A model generated the notes under the pieces. The model was not told the origin of the DNA. It searched no databases and saw only the letters and a list, made by a program, of their open reading frames with translations. A stretch of DNA of 64,000 nucleotides from Malacoraja senta (taxonomy: Eukaryota). The stretch lies in NCBI GenBank assembly GCA_038087875.1, contig JAXLNO010000620.1, positions 1 to 64,000 of the forward strand, given 5' to 3'. This document shows, piece by piece, positions 1 through 12,364 of the stretch (positions within the stretch are counted from its first letter, which is position 1; every line of letters begins with the position of its first letter). The position numbers and the translations under genes were made by a program.

Positions 1-461
1 TCACCCCAGTTCTCAAAGAACTTCACTAGCTTCCCATTTCCCACTGGATCACCTACAAAATCCTGGTCCTCACCTACAAAGCCCTCAACAACCTGGCCCC
101 CCCTTATCTCATTGACCTCCTCTCCCCCTACCAACCCTCACGGTCCCTCAGATCCACATCAGCTGGTCTCCTCTCCACTCCGAAATCAAACCTCTGCACT
201 TTTGGAGGCAGAGCCTTCTCCAGGGCAGCTCCCAGGCTCTGGAATTCCCTCCCACAACCGGTCCGAAATTCTGAGTCCCTCACCATCTTCCAGTCCCGCC
301 TCAAGACCCATCTCTTCACCTCTGCATACCCTTAGTCCCATGTTCCCCTCCCCTCTGTCTTACTGCTCTATTTTGTTTAGTTTATTCTTGACTCTCAATG
401 TAAAGCGACTTTGAGTCCTGAAAAGCGCTATATAAATAAAATCTATTATTATTATTATTAT
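1..461 (+). mobile_element. L2-clade LINE 3' fragment
   Basis: Degenerate ORF2 C-terminus (HWITYKILVLTYKALNNLAP...), tail aaagcgctatataaataaa followed by (TAT)n. Confidence 0.75.
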
Positions 462-723
462 TCTACATAGTGGAAGGAGGTCTTCAATATGACATTTAAA
501 AAAACTCTTCTAAATTCGCCAATTAAGTCACCGCAGTGGGACAGCCCCTTTACCCCCCTCTCTTCTCCCCCCCTCCTTCCCCCCTCCTTCCCCCCTCCTT
601 CCCCTCCTCCACCCCCCATCCTTGTTTCCGCGTTGTATCTCTAAACCAAACTAAATCCGAACCACATTCCAGTCAACTCTTCCCAGATTCCACATCTCAC
701 CCCCATCACACTTGGGATCAACA

Positions 724-1031
724 GCACGGTGGGGGAGCGGTAGAGTTGCTGCCTCACAGCACCGGAGACCCCGGTTCGATCCTGACCTCGGGTGCTGTCG
801 GTACGGAGTTTGCACGTTCCCCCCCCGTGACGTGCGCGGGTATTTTCTCCCTCCGGGTGCCCCGGTTTCCTCCCACGCTCCAAAGACGTGCAGGTTTGTC
901 GGTTAATTGGTTTCGGTAAATCGTAAATTATCCCCAGTGTGTGTAGGGTGGTGTTAATGTCCGGGGATCGCGGGTCGGTGCAGGCACAGTGGGCCGAAGG
1001 GCCTGTTTCCATGCTGTATCTCTAAACTAAA
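724..1031 (+). mobile_element. tRNA-derived SINE (HE1/V-SINE-like)
   Basis: A-box-like and B-box GGTTCGATCC head, central ggtttcctcccac..ccaaagac domain, tail gggccgaagggcctgtttcc..ctgtatctctaaactaaa shared with LINE 3' ends. Confidence 0.8.
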
Positions 1032-1069
1032 ATTTACAGTGGCCGATTTACCAAACTTACTAAACCTGT

Positions 1070-1815
1070 TCAAGAAGGAACTGCAGATGCTGGGAAAATC
1101 GAAGGTAGACAAAAGTGGTGGAGAAACTGAGCGGGTGAGGCAGCATCTATGGAGCGAAGGAAATATTCAATGTTTAGGGCCGAACCCCTTCTTCAGACTG
1201 ATGTAGGGTGGGGGGGGGGGGAGGGCGGGAAGAAGAAAGGAAGAGGAAGAGCCAGAGGGCTGAGGGAGAGCTGAGAAGGGGAGGAGAAAGCAAGGGCTAC
1301 CGGACACTGGAGAAGTCAATGTTTATGCCACTAGGGTGCAGACTGCCCAAGGTGCTGCTCCTCCAATTTCCGGTGGTGTTCACTCTGGCCATGGAGGAGG
1401 CCCAGGACAGAAAGATCAGATTCAGAATGGGAGGGGGAGTTGAAGTGTTGAGCCACAGGGAGATCAGGTTGGTTAGTGCGGAGGTGTTGGGCGAAGCGAT
1501 CGCCAAGCTTAAGCTTGGTCTCACCGATGTAGAGCAGCTGACACCTAGAGCAGCGGATGCAATAGATGAGGTTGGAGGAGGTGCAGGTGAACCTCTGCCG
1601 CACCTGGAAAGACTGCTTGGGTCCTTGGATAGAGTCGAGGGGGGAGGTAAAGCGAAAGTGTTGCATCTCCTGCGGTTGCCAGGGAAAGTACCCGGGGAGG
1701 GGGTGGTTCGGGTGGGAAGGGACGAATTGACCAGGGAGTTACGGAGGGAGCGGTCTCTGTGGAAAGCAGACAGGGGGGGGGGGGGAGATGGGAAGATGTG
1801 GCGAGTGGTGGGGTC
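1070..1815 (-). mobile_element. Penelope-like element 3' fragment (GIY-YIG endonuclease plus terminal repeat)
   Basis: ORF 1331-1666 has NLIYCIRCSRCQLLYIGET...HFN, a GIY-YIG motif; followed by the hammerhead-bearing terminal region. Confidence 0.85.
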
Positions 1816-1971
1816 ACTTATCTGTGAGCTTTCTTCACCATCCAGTCTCAGTAAGGAGGAGAAAGTTCATATGGCCAGGTGTTTGGTTCTTAGACTGCTA
1901 TCTATCTCACTTTGTTTTTCAGTTCCCATTGAGTCTCTGCGAGTGTCTGGGTCACTTAAGGTGCAGGAAGT

Positions 1972-2011
1972 ATGTACAGAGGTGTGGTACTCCTACTTCT
2001 CCTGGCTCAAG
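1972..2011 (+). CDS. Lectin/mucin-stalk gene, first coding exon (signal peptide MYRGVVLLLLLAQ|G); exon probably begins at 1923 (5' UTR part)
   Basis: Polypyrimidine tract and AG at 1921-1922, ATG at 1972 with A at -3, basic residue followed by a hydrophobic core, donor AAG|GTAAGG at 2012. Phase 1 joins in frame to the lectin exon. Confidence 0.85.
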
Positions 2012-2040
2012 GTAAGGTCGCTGCTCTCCCGTTCGGCGAA

Positions 2041-4020
2041 ACATAGAAAGATAGGTGTCCACGAGTTGGCCATTCGGCCCTTCGAGCCAGCACCGCCATT
2101 CAATATGATCATGGCTGATCATCCACAATCAGAACCCCGTTCCTGCTTTCTCCCCATATCCCTTGATTCCTTTAGCCCTAAGAGCTAAATCTAACTCTCT
2201 CTTGAAAACGTCCAGAGAACCGGCCTCCACCGCCCTCTGAGGCAGAGAAATCCACAGATTCACAACTCTCTGGGTGAAAAAGTGTTTCCTCATCTCCATT
2301 CTAAATGGCTTACCCCTTTTTCTTAAACTACCCCTTATTATAGCCATAGAGGGAGTGCAGAGAAGGTTGTTCCCGATGTTGGGGAAGTCCAGGACAAGGG
2401 GTCACAGCTTAAGGATAAGGGGGAGATCCTTTAAGACCGAGATGAGAAAAAACTTTTTACACACAGAGAGTGGTGAATCTGTGGAACTCTCTGCCACAGA
2501 GGGTAGTTGAGGCCAGTTCATTGGCTATATTTAAGAGGGGAGTTAGATGTGGCCCTTGTGGCAAAAGGGATCAGAGGGTATGGAGAGAAGGCAGGTACAG
2601 GATACTGAGTTGGATGATCAGCCATGATCATATTGAATGGCGGTGCAGGCTTGAAGGGCCGAATGGCCTACTCCTGCACCTATTTTCTATGTATCTATGT
2701 ATGTGTGTGGCCCCTGGTTCTGGACTCCCCCCAAAATCGGGAACATGTTTCCTGCCTCTAGCCTGTCCAAACCCTTATCATCTCTTCCACAGACAACAAG
2801 GGACCATTGTGGGCTCCACCTTTCCTCGGTCATCGGCGCTGGATCGAATATGTTCTGTACCTTTTCATTCCTCCAACGTCCCTCTCCCCTGACTCTCAGT
2901 CTCAAGAAGGGTCTCGACCCGAAACATCACCTGTTCCTTTCCTCCAGTGTTGCTGCCCGACCAGCTGAGTCACTCCAGCTTTCTTGTGTCCCTCTTCAGA
3001 GTTAGAACGCCTTGCGTTTTATTAAGCAAGCAGTCTACAGCAGTAATTAAAAGTGCCCTTGTTCACCAGGTGTGAACCTTCCTTTCATTTTCTCTGAGAA
3101 GTTCCTCTCACCCCCTCCCTCTAAATGGCCTACCCCTTATTCGTAAACTGTGTGACCCCTGGTCCTGGACTCCCCCAACATCGGGAAAAACATTCCTGCA
3201 TCTAGCCTGCCCAATTCTTTAAGATTTTTTCTTTACGATCCCCTCATCCTTCTAAATTCCAGTGAATACAAGCCCAGTCGACCCATTCTTTCATCATATG
3301 TCAGTCAATAGACAATAGACAATAGGTGCAGCAGTAGGCCATTCGGCCCTTCGAGCCAGCACCGCCATTCAATGTGATCATGGCTGATCATCCCCAATCA
3401 GTACCCCGTTCCTGCCTTCTCCCCATATCCCCTGACTCCGCTATCTTTAAGAGCCCTATCTAGCGCTCTCTTGAATGAATCCAGAGAACCAGCCTCCACC
3501 GCCCTCTGAGGCAGAGAATTCCACAGACTCACAACTCTCTGTGAGAAAAAGTGTTTCCTCGTCTCCGTTCTAAATGGCTTACTCCTTATTCTTAAACTGT
3601 GTGTGGCCCCTGGTTCTGGACTCCCCCAACATCAGGAATTTGTTCCCATCCCGGGAATTAACCTGGTGAACCTACGCTGCACTCCCTCAATAGCAAGAAT
3701 GTCCTTCCTCAAATTAGGGGACCAAAACTGCACACAATACTCTAAGTGTGGTCTCACCAGGGCCCTGTACATAGAAACATAGAAAATAGGTGCAGGAGTA
3801 GGCCATTCGGCCCTTCGAGCCTGCACCGCCATTCAATATGATCATGGCTGATCATCCAACTCAGTATCCCATCCCTGCCTTCTCTCCATACCCCCTGATC
3901 CCTTTAGCCACAAGGGCCACATCTAACTCCCTCTTAAATATAGCCAATGAACTGGCCTCAACTACCCTCTGTGGCAGAGAGTTCCAGAGATTCACCACTC
4001 TCTGTGTGAAAAATGTTTTT
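2041..4020. mobile_element. Cluster of short CR1 LINE 3' fragments in both orientations
   Basis: Repeated SRTRGHSLRI...FFTQRVVNLWNSLP...GYGEKAG translations and (TCTATGTT)n/(TCTATTG)n tails. Confidence 0.8.
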
Positions 4021-4066
4021 ACAACTGCAGTAGGACCTCCTTGCTCCTAAACTCAAATCCTCTCGC

Positions 4067-4392
4067 AACGGTGACGCAGCGGTAGAGTTGCTGCCTTACA
4101 GCGAATGCAGCGCTGGAGACCCGGGTTCCATCCCGACTACGGGTGCTGTCTGTACGGAGTTTGTACGTTCTGCCCATGACCTGCCTGGGTTTTCTCCGAG
4201 ATCTTCGCTTTCCTCCCACACTCCAAAGACGTATGTAGGTTAATTGGCTTGGTAAATGTAAAAGAAAAATTGTCCCCAGTGGGTGTAGGATAGTGTTAGT
4301 GTGCGGGGATCGCTGGTCGGCGCGGACCTGGTGGGCCGATAGGGCCTGTTTCCACGCTGTATCTCTAAAACTAAACTAAAAACTAAAACCCA
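4067..4392 (+). mobile_element. HE1/V-SINE-like element
   Basis: Same head, central domain and (CTAAA)n tail as the 724 copy. Confidence 0.8.
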
Positions 4393-4969
4393 AACTAAAT
4401 GCCATTGGCATTCTTCGCTGCCTGCTGTACCTGCCTGCCTGCTTTCTTTCAGTAACTCATGCACAAGCGCACCCTGGTCTCGTTGCACCTCCCCTTTTCC
4501 TAATCTGTAGAACGGGGCTAAGGGAATGGATGGGGTTGGGGGAAAGGGAACCATGTGGAACCCCTGCTCCTGACGCTACCCGAGCTCCGTTTGGGAACGC
4601 AGGAATCTCCGGGAAAAATTAAAGAAGAGCAAAATTTTGCAGATGCTGAAAATCCTAAACCAAAAGCAATAGACAATAGGGGCAGGAGTAGGCCATTTGG
4701 CCCTTCGAGCCAGCACCGCCATTCAATGTGATCGTGGCTGATGATCCCCAATCAGTACCCCGTTCCTGCCTTCTCCCCATATCCCCTGACTCCGCTATTT
4801 TTAAGAGCCCTATCTAGCTCTCTCTTGAAAGTATCCGGAGAACCGGCCTCCACCGCCCTCTGAGGCAGAGAATTCCACAGACTCACCACTCTCTGTGAGA
4901 AAAAGTGTTTCCTCGAGATGACATTGGAAGCATTCTGTGGGGGTCGAGCATAGCCAGGAGATGGTGAAC

Positions 4970-5380
4970 CTGTCCTACCCATGTACCTGTCCAACTGTTT
5001 CTTAAATGTTGGGATAGTCCCTGCCTCAACTTGTTCCATACATCCACCACTGTTTTTCGTGAAAAAGTGACCTCTCAGATTCCTATTAAATCTTTTCCCC
5101 TTTACCTTGAACCTATGTCCTCTGGTCCTCGATTCCCCTACTCTGGGCAAGAGACTCTGTGCATCTACCCGATCTATTCCTCTCATGATTTTGTACACCT
5201 CTATAAGATCACCCCTCATCCTCCTACGCTCCATGGAATAGAGACCCAGCCTACTCAACCTCTCCCTATAGCTCACACCCTCTAGTCCTGGCAACATCGT
5301 CGTAAATCTTCTCTGTTCCCTTTCCAGCTTGGCAACATCTTTCCTATAACATGGTGGCCAGAACTGAACACAATACACTA
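4970..5380 (-). mobile_element. HER1-like CR1 LINE ORF2 C-terminal fragment
   Basis: YCVQFWPPCYRKD...LERE QRRFT..LPGL...RRRMRGDLIEVYKIMRG translation. Confidence 0.8.
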
Positions 5381-5669
5381 AATACTCAATATTGTGCATT
5401 TAAGTGTACTCTGTGCAATTAAGGTCAGAAAGAATAGGAGCAGAATTAGGCCATTCGGCCCATCAAGTCTACTCCACCATTCAATCATGGCTGATCTATC
5501 TCTCCCTCCTAACCCCATTCTCCTGCCTTATCCCGATAACTTCGGACACCCGTACTAATCGAGAATCTATCTATCTCTGCCATAAAAATATCCACTGACT
5601 TGTGGCCTCCACAGCCTTCTGTGGCAAAGAATCCCACAGATTCACCATCCTCTGACTGAAGAAATTCCT

Positions 5670-6000
5670 AGGTGGACAAAAAAGCTGGAAAAACTTAGCG
5701 GGTGAGGCAGCATCTATGGAGCGAAGGAATGGGGTGACGTTTCAGGTCGAGACCCTTCTTCAGACGGATGTGGGGTGGGGGTGAGGGGCGGGAAGAAGAA
5801 AGGAAGAGGCGGAGACAGTGGGCTGTGGGAGAGCTGGGAAGGGGAGGGGAAGGAGGGAGAAAGCAGGGACTACCTGAAATTGGAGAAGTCAATGTTCATA
5901 CCGCTGGGGTGTAAACTACCCAAGCGAAATATGAGGTGCTTCTCCTCCAACTTACGGTGGGACTCACTCTGGTCATGGAGGAGGCCCAGGACAGAAAGGT
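5670..6000 (-). mobile_element. Penelope-like element 3' end
   Basis: RKLEEKHLIFRLGSLHPSGMNIDFSNFR stop followed by the terminal repeat with a hammerhead-like motif. Confidence 0.8.
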
Positions 6001-6266
6001 CGTTTCCCTTCTTCGGAAGACATTCCTCCTCATCTCCTTCCTTAAAGAACGCCTGATAATGCCCAATTAGATGATCACAGCGGGACGAAGGACATTTATT
6101 GCCACATACACCAATTGGTTTAGTGAAATTTGAGTTGCCATTTGCAGCACACCAATAAAAATAAGACACATTAAAGAAGAATTTAACATTAAACATAACT
6201 CCCCCCCCCCCCCCCACAATGGTTCCCACTGTGAGGGAAGGCAGCAAAGTCCAGCCCTCTTCCTCT

Positions 6267-7025
6267 TATTATCTGAATGGTGTCCGATTAGGGAAAGGGG
6301 AGATGCAACGAGACCTGGGTGTCATGGTACACCAGTCATTGAAAGTAGGCATGCAGGTGCAGCAGGCAGTGAAGAAAGCGAATGGTATGTTAGCATTCAT
6401 AGCAAAAAAATTTGAGTATAGGAGCAGGGAGGTTCTACTGCAGTTGTACAGGGTCTTGGTGAGACCACACCTGGAGTATTGCGTACAGTTTTGGTCTCCT
6501 AATCTGAGGAAAGACATTCTTGCCATAGAGGGAGTACAGAGAAGGTTCACCAGACTGATTCCTGGGATGGCAGGACTTTCATATGAAGAAAGACTGGATA
6601 GACTTGGCTTGTACTCGCTAGAATTTAGAAGATTGAGGGGGGATCTTATAGAAACTTACAAATTTCTTAAGGATTTGGACAGGCTAGATGCAGCAAGATT
6701 ATTCCCGATGTTGGGGAAGTCCAGAACTAGGGGTCACAGTTAAAGGATAAGAGGGAAGTCTTTTAGGACCGAGATGAGAAAATCATTTTTTACACAGAGA
6801 GTGGTGAATCTGTGGAACTCTCTGCCACAGAAGGTAGTTGAGGCCAGTTCATTGGCTATATTTAAGAGGGAGTTAGATGTGGCCCTTGTGGCTAAAGGGA
6901 TCAGGGGGTATGGAGAGAAGGCAGGGATGGGATACTGTTGGATGATCAGCCATGATCATATCGAATGGCGGTGCAGGCTTGAATGGCCTACTCCTGCACC
7001 TATTTTCTACGTTTCTATGTTTCTT
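6267..7025 (+). mobile_element. CR1 LINE, 5'-truncated
   Basis: ORFs 6219 and 6774 encode the CR1 ORF2 C-terminus; 3' tail ends in tttctatgtttct about 95 nt before the lectin exon. Confidence 0.88.
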
Positions 7026-7120
7026 GTCACCAAGTGGTCGGCACTGAAGCTAGAGAGATGGTTACGGAAGATATGAGCTGATTTCCTTTTCTTTTTTAAT
7101 TTTTGCATGGATGTCGCCAG

Positions 7121-7483
7121 GTCTGTCCCAGAGCGGTCGATCCCCGGAGAGGGAATACCATCGCGTGGAGCAGCTGAAGAACTGGACCGAGGCCCGTGAT
7201 CACTGCCGGAGCCACTACCGGGATCTGGCCAGCATCCGGAGCCCGGAGGACTGGGCACAGGTTTCACGTCATGCCCAACAAGGGGAGTGGATCGGACTTC
7301 ACAAGGAGAACCAGTCCTCCAACCAATGGGAGTGGGCGACGGGGGAGATCTTTAACGACACCAAATGGGAAATGTGGAGTCCGCAGGAAGTCGGCACCCG
7401 TTACCTCGGCTGCGTATACGTCAGCAGACAAGTCTGGCTCAACGCCGAGTGTGGTATCCCACGGCCCTTCATCTGCTACACAG
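7121..7483 (+). CDS. C-type lectin-like domain encoded by a single 363-nt exon
   Basis: YHRVEQLKNWTEARDHC...LASI...WIGL...WEW...GCVYV...WLNAEC...PFICY: four canonical Cys and the WIGL motif. T-rich tract plus CCAG acceptor at 7120, donor CAG|GTATCC at 7484; phase 1-1. Confidence 0.93.
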
Positions 7484-7970
7484 GTATCCCCAGCGTCTAA
7501 CACGTGCTTACATCGAATCGCCTATTGTCCATTCTCTTAAAGGTATTCCCAGCATCTAACACGTCAATAGACAACAGACAATAGATGCAGGAGGAGGCCA
7601 TTCGGCCCTTCGAGCCAGCACTGCCATTCAATGTGATCATGGTTGATCATCCCCAATCAGTACCCCGTTCCTGCCTTCCCCCCATATCCCCTGACTCCGC
7701 TATCTTTAAGAGCCCTCTCTTGAAAGCATCCAGGGAACCGGCCTCCACCATCCTCTGAGGCAGAGAATTCCACAGACTCACAACTCTCTGTGTGAAAAAA
7801 TGTTTCCTCGTCTCCGTTCTAAATGGCTTACCCCTTATTCTTAAAGTGTGTGTGGCCCCTGGTTCTGGACTCCCCCAACATCGGGAACATGTTTCCTCCC
7901 TCTAGCCTGTCCAAACCCTGAACAATTTTATATGTTTCCTTACATTGATTCCTACTGTCCATTGCCTTAA

Positions 7971-8930
7971 AGGGGCTTTCCCACTTGTGGCAAACTAATC
8001 GGCGAGTTCTGGCGAGTTTGCCCTCGACTCATACTCGCAGCATGGTCGACACGAGGTCCGTGGAGGTCTTTGTAAAGCCCCTGTCCCACTTAGGAGACCT
8101 AAACAGCAGCCTCTGGTGACCTTGCCCGCCATGAGGTCACCGGAGGTTTTGGTCACTCTCCCTAATGGTGGAAAGTGGTTTCCGCGTGGTCGAGGCTTCA
8201 TCTCGGTTGCTGTTATTTTTTCATCATGATTAAAGCTGGCCTCGACTAAAAATAGGTCGCCATTTTTAAAATCGATCATTTTTTAGTCGCAGGTCTAGTC
8301 GAAGCCGGTTTTCCTTCATAGTGGAGGAAGGTTTTCAACATATGAGTGGGAGGTGGTAGGAGGTTGCAGGTCACCTCGAACTTGATTTGTTTTTGGGTGG
8401 CGGGCAAGGTCACCAGAGGTTGCTGTTTAGGTCTCCTAAGTGGGACAGGGTCTTAACTCTCCCTCGTGCTCGAGTAGTCCCCGCGTACTCGAGGCCTTAG
8501 CTAGGTCGCGGCGTAATTTTCAACATGCTGAAAAATGCCCGCGAGTTAAAAAAAAGGTCGCCATGGAAAAAAATCGATATTTTTTATTACTCATAGGTTT
8601 AGTCGTAGTAGGTCGGCAGGTTATTCGTAGGTAATCGAGGGTAGTCGAAGATAGTCGTAGATAGTCTTCAACATAGTCGAAGGGAGGTCGAGGGAGGTCG
8701 AAGGAGATCGAAGGAGGTCGCCTTCACTCTCCACTATTCGGTGTCCAATTATCCCGAAGCTAGTCGAAGCTGGTCTTCAACATAGTGGAAGGAGGTTGAA
8801 GGAGGTCTTCAACATAGTGGAAGGAGGTTGAAGGAGGTCTTCTACATAGTTGAAGGAGGTCTTCAACATGACACTTCTTCAAACTCTCCTAAACTCTTCT
8901 AAAGTAGGTCGCCACAGTGGGACAGCCCCT
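7971..8930. mobile_element. PIF/Harbinger-type non-autonomous DNA transposon with a nested second MITE (8076-8453)
   Basis: TIRs AGGGGCT.TCCCAC / GTGGGACAGCCCCT flanked by TAA/TTA; nested element has TIR CCCTGTCCCACTTAGGAGACCTAAACAGC and a TAA duplication. Confidence 0.7.
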
Positions 8931-10979
8931 TTAGTGTGTAGGAAGGAAGTGCACATGGTGGTCGGCACTGAAGATAGATACGAAACATAGAAACATAGGA
9001 AATTGGTATTGCCACTTCCGAAGAGAGAGGCAACATAGAAACATAGACAATAGGTGCAGGAGTAGACCATTCAGGCCCTTCGAGCCAGCACCGCCATTCA
9101 ATATGATCGTGGCTGATCATCCCCAATCAGTACCCCATGTGGTAGAAAGAACTGCAGATGCTGATAAAATTTAAAACGCTGGAGTAACTCAGCGGGACAG
9201 GCAGCATCTCTGGAGAAAAGGAATGGGTGATGTTTCGGGTCGAGGCCCTTCTTCAGACTGATGTGGAGGAGGGGGGGGGGGTGGGAAGAAGAAAGGAAGA
9301 GGCAGAGACAGTGGGCTGTGGGAGAGCTGGGAAGGGGAGGGGAAGGAGGGAGAAAGCAGGGACTACCTGAAATTGGAGAAGTCAATATTCATACCGCTGG
9401 GGTGTAAACTACCCAAGCGAAATATGAGGTGCTACTCCTCCAATTTGCGGTGGGACTCTGACCATGGAGGAGGCCCAGGACAGAAAGGTCAGATTCAGAT
9501 TCAATGTGATTGATTCTGTGGAATTCTCTGCCACGGAAGGCAGTGGAGGCCAATTCACAGGATGTATTCAAGAGAGAGTTGGATATAGCTCTTGGGGCGA
9601 ACGGAATCAAGGGATATGGAGAGAAAGCTTCCGATAGCCCGTGCTTTCTCTCTCCATCCCCTCCCCCTTCCCAGTTCTCTCACTTGTCTTACTGTCTCCG
9701 TTTACATTCTATCTCTGTCCCCCCCCTCCCCTGACCAGCCTGAAGAAGGGTCTCGACCCGAAACGTCGCCCATTCCTTCTCTCCAGAGATGCTGCCTGTC
9801 CCGCTGACTTACTCCAGCATTTTGTGTCTACCTTCGATTTTAAAGGCATCTGCAGTTCTTTCTTACACATGGGGTACTGATTGGGGATGATCAGCCGTGA
9901 TCACATTGAATGGTGGTGCTGGCTCCAAGGGCCGAATGGCCTCCTCCTGCACCTATTGTTTATTGTCTTAGCGTGCAGGAAGGAAGTGCAGATGGTGGTC
10001 GGCACTGAAGATAGAACATAGAAACATAGGAAATTGGTATTGCCACTTCCGAAAAGATAGGCAACATGGAAACATAGAAACATTGATGCAGGAGTAGGCC
10101 ATTGGGCACTTCGAGCCAGCACCGCCATTCAATATGATCATGGCTGATCATCCAGAATCACTACCCCATGTCTATGAACGAACTGCAGATGCTGGGAAAA
10201 TCAAAGGTAAAGTCCAATAAAGTCCAATAAAAGATAATCTGAGGGTTTCAGATCTAGTAGATGGGAGGTCAGGACCGCCCTCCAGTTGGCGAGAGGATGA
10301 TTCAGTTTCCAGATCACGGCTGGGAAGACACTGTCCCTGAATCTCCTAATTTGAGCAAGGACATCCTTGCTATTGAGGCAGTTCAGCGTAGGTTCACCAG
10401 GTTGATTCCCAGGATGGCGGGAATGTCATATGAGGAAAGATTGGAAAGACTGGGCTTGTATTCACTGGAATTTAGAAGGATGAGGGGATATCTTATTGAA
10501 ATGTATAAAATGATAAAAAGGACTGGACAAGCTCGATGCAGGAAAAATGTTCCCAATTAGGGGGGAGTCCAGAACCAGGGGCCGCACAGTCTAAGAATAA
10601 AGGGGAGGCCATTTAAAACTGAGATGAGAAAAAAACTTTCTCACCCAGAGAGTTGTGAATTTGTGGAATTCTCTGCCACAGAAGGCAGTGGAGGCCGATT
10701 CACTGGATGAATTCAAAAGTGAGCTCTAGGGGCTAGCGGAATCATGGGATATGGGCGAGAAGGCAGTCACGGGGTTACTGATTGTGGATGATCAACCATG
10801 ATCACAATGAATGGCAGCGCAGGCTCGAAGGGCCGAATGGCCTCCTCCTGCAGCCGTGTTTCTATGTTTCTTCTCTGAAGGTGTACGTTTGTACACTTCT
10901 GTACCTCTTGCCCGATGTTTTGGCGGCGTTATAATGCTGGTGGCCTTGTCGAGGCTGCATGAAGTCTGTATGACTCTAA

Positions 10980-11653
10980 AGGGCCTGTCCCACTTACGTG
11001 CCCTTGGCACGCAAATTACGCAACCTCGTGGTCGCGTTGAGCCGCGATGGTCCCGCGAAGGTCGGGCGCGACATCATGCGCCCGCACAGCCGTCTGGAGC
11101 GCATGACGTCATTTGAAGATGGACGCAAAATGCCGGAGTAACTCAGCGGGACCGGCAGCATCTCTGGGGAGAAGGAATGGATGATGTTTTGTGTCAAGAC
11201 CCTTCTCCAGTCTGAAAAGAAGGGTCTCGACACGAAACGTCACCCATTGCTTCTCTCCAGAGATGCTGCAGGTCCCGCTGAGTTACTCCAGCATGTTGTG
11301 TCTATCTTCAATTTTCTTGTCCCCGCTCTGGGAGTAGAAGTGGGGGCGGATCCGGATCCGCAGTGGCTGTGAGCCCCAGGCTGAGCTCGGCGATTGTTTG
11401 CCTGCTTCTGCTGCTGTTGGAGGTGAGACATTGCGTCGCGCCAGGGTGTCCCACTTTGGCTGTCAGTTCCGCGACAGGCTGGTGGCGCGCGAAGATTTCG
11501 TTCTCTACAAAAATTTCGGAGCCCACATTTACGTACCCCTCCGCGCTTCTCAGTGGGACTGGCCCCGCGCGGCCATACGATGCCCGTGCGCCTCAACGCG
11601 ACCACGAGGTCGCGTAATTTGCGTGCCAAGGACACGTAAGTGGGACAGGCCCT
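10980..11653. mobile_element. PIF/Harbinger-type MITE carrying an internal foldback Penelope fragment
   Basis: TIR AGGGCCTGTCCCACTTACGTG..., TAA on both sides. Confidence 0.78.
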
Positions 11654-11714
11654 TAACTCTTAACATCCGATACCTCCTCGATCGATTCTTCACCCTCTCT
11701 CCCTCTGTCAACAG

Positions 11715-11768
11715 AAAAACCACGGGCTACACTCGCATCCAAGCCAGAGGCCAACAGAACTGAAACAG
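11715..11768 (+). CDS. Stalk exon, 54 nt (EKPRATLASKPEANRTET)
   Basis: Acceptor ctctctccctctgtcaacag, donor CAG|GTGAGG, open in phase 1-1, unique sequence island among repeats. Confidence 0.8.
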
Positions 11769-12364
11769 GTGAGGACCTTATGTGACCGTCGGTATAAAAA
11801 ATACTTAGCTCTGTGGCCACAGTTACCTTCCAGTGATTCCTCATGGACACCACGAATCTTGTGCCAATACTCCGATCTGAGAAAACACTTCAGAACATAT
11901 CACAGAACTTCTTCCCAGTTTTTTAATTTTAGTTTTTTTCATATTTCGCTCAGGCAAGCTTACACCCCAGCGGTATGAACATTGACTTCTCTAACTTCAA
12001 GTAACCCCTTGCTTTCCCTCTCTCTCCATCCCCTCCCCCTTCCCAGTTCTCCGACCAGTCTGACTGTCTCCGCTGATTACATTTTATCTCTGTTTGCCTT
12101 GTTGTCACCTTCTGCGAGCTAACAGTGATCTGTTCTACAGTTTCCTCGATTCTCATCTCTGTTGGTGTCTGATCTTCACCCCTTATCCTTCCTTATCTCT
12201 GCCACTCCTTCTCCCCCGACCCTCAGTCTGAAGAAGGGTCTCGACCCGAAACGTCGCCCACTCCTTCTCTCCAGTGACGCTGCCCGTCCCGCTGAGTTAC
12301 TCCAGCATTTTGTGCCTCATCTTCGGTGTAAACCAACATCTGCAGTTCCTTCCTACACACTTTG

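Noticed and set aside
1208..2188. 326-aa ORF on + strand
   Set aside because: Antisense read of a Penelope fragment running through the signal-peptide exon in a different frame and into a CR1 tail.
11363..11617. Signal-peptide-like ORF MAVSPRLSSAIVCLLLLLLEV (also within 31011-31436)
   Set aside because: Lies inside a repeated MITE; no exon structure or recognisable domain.
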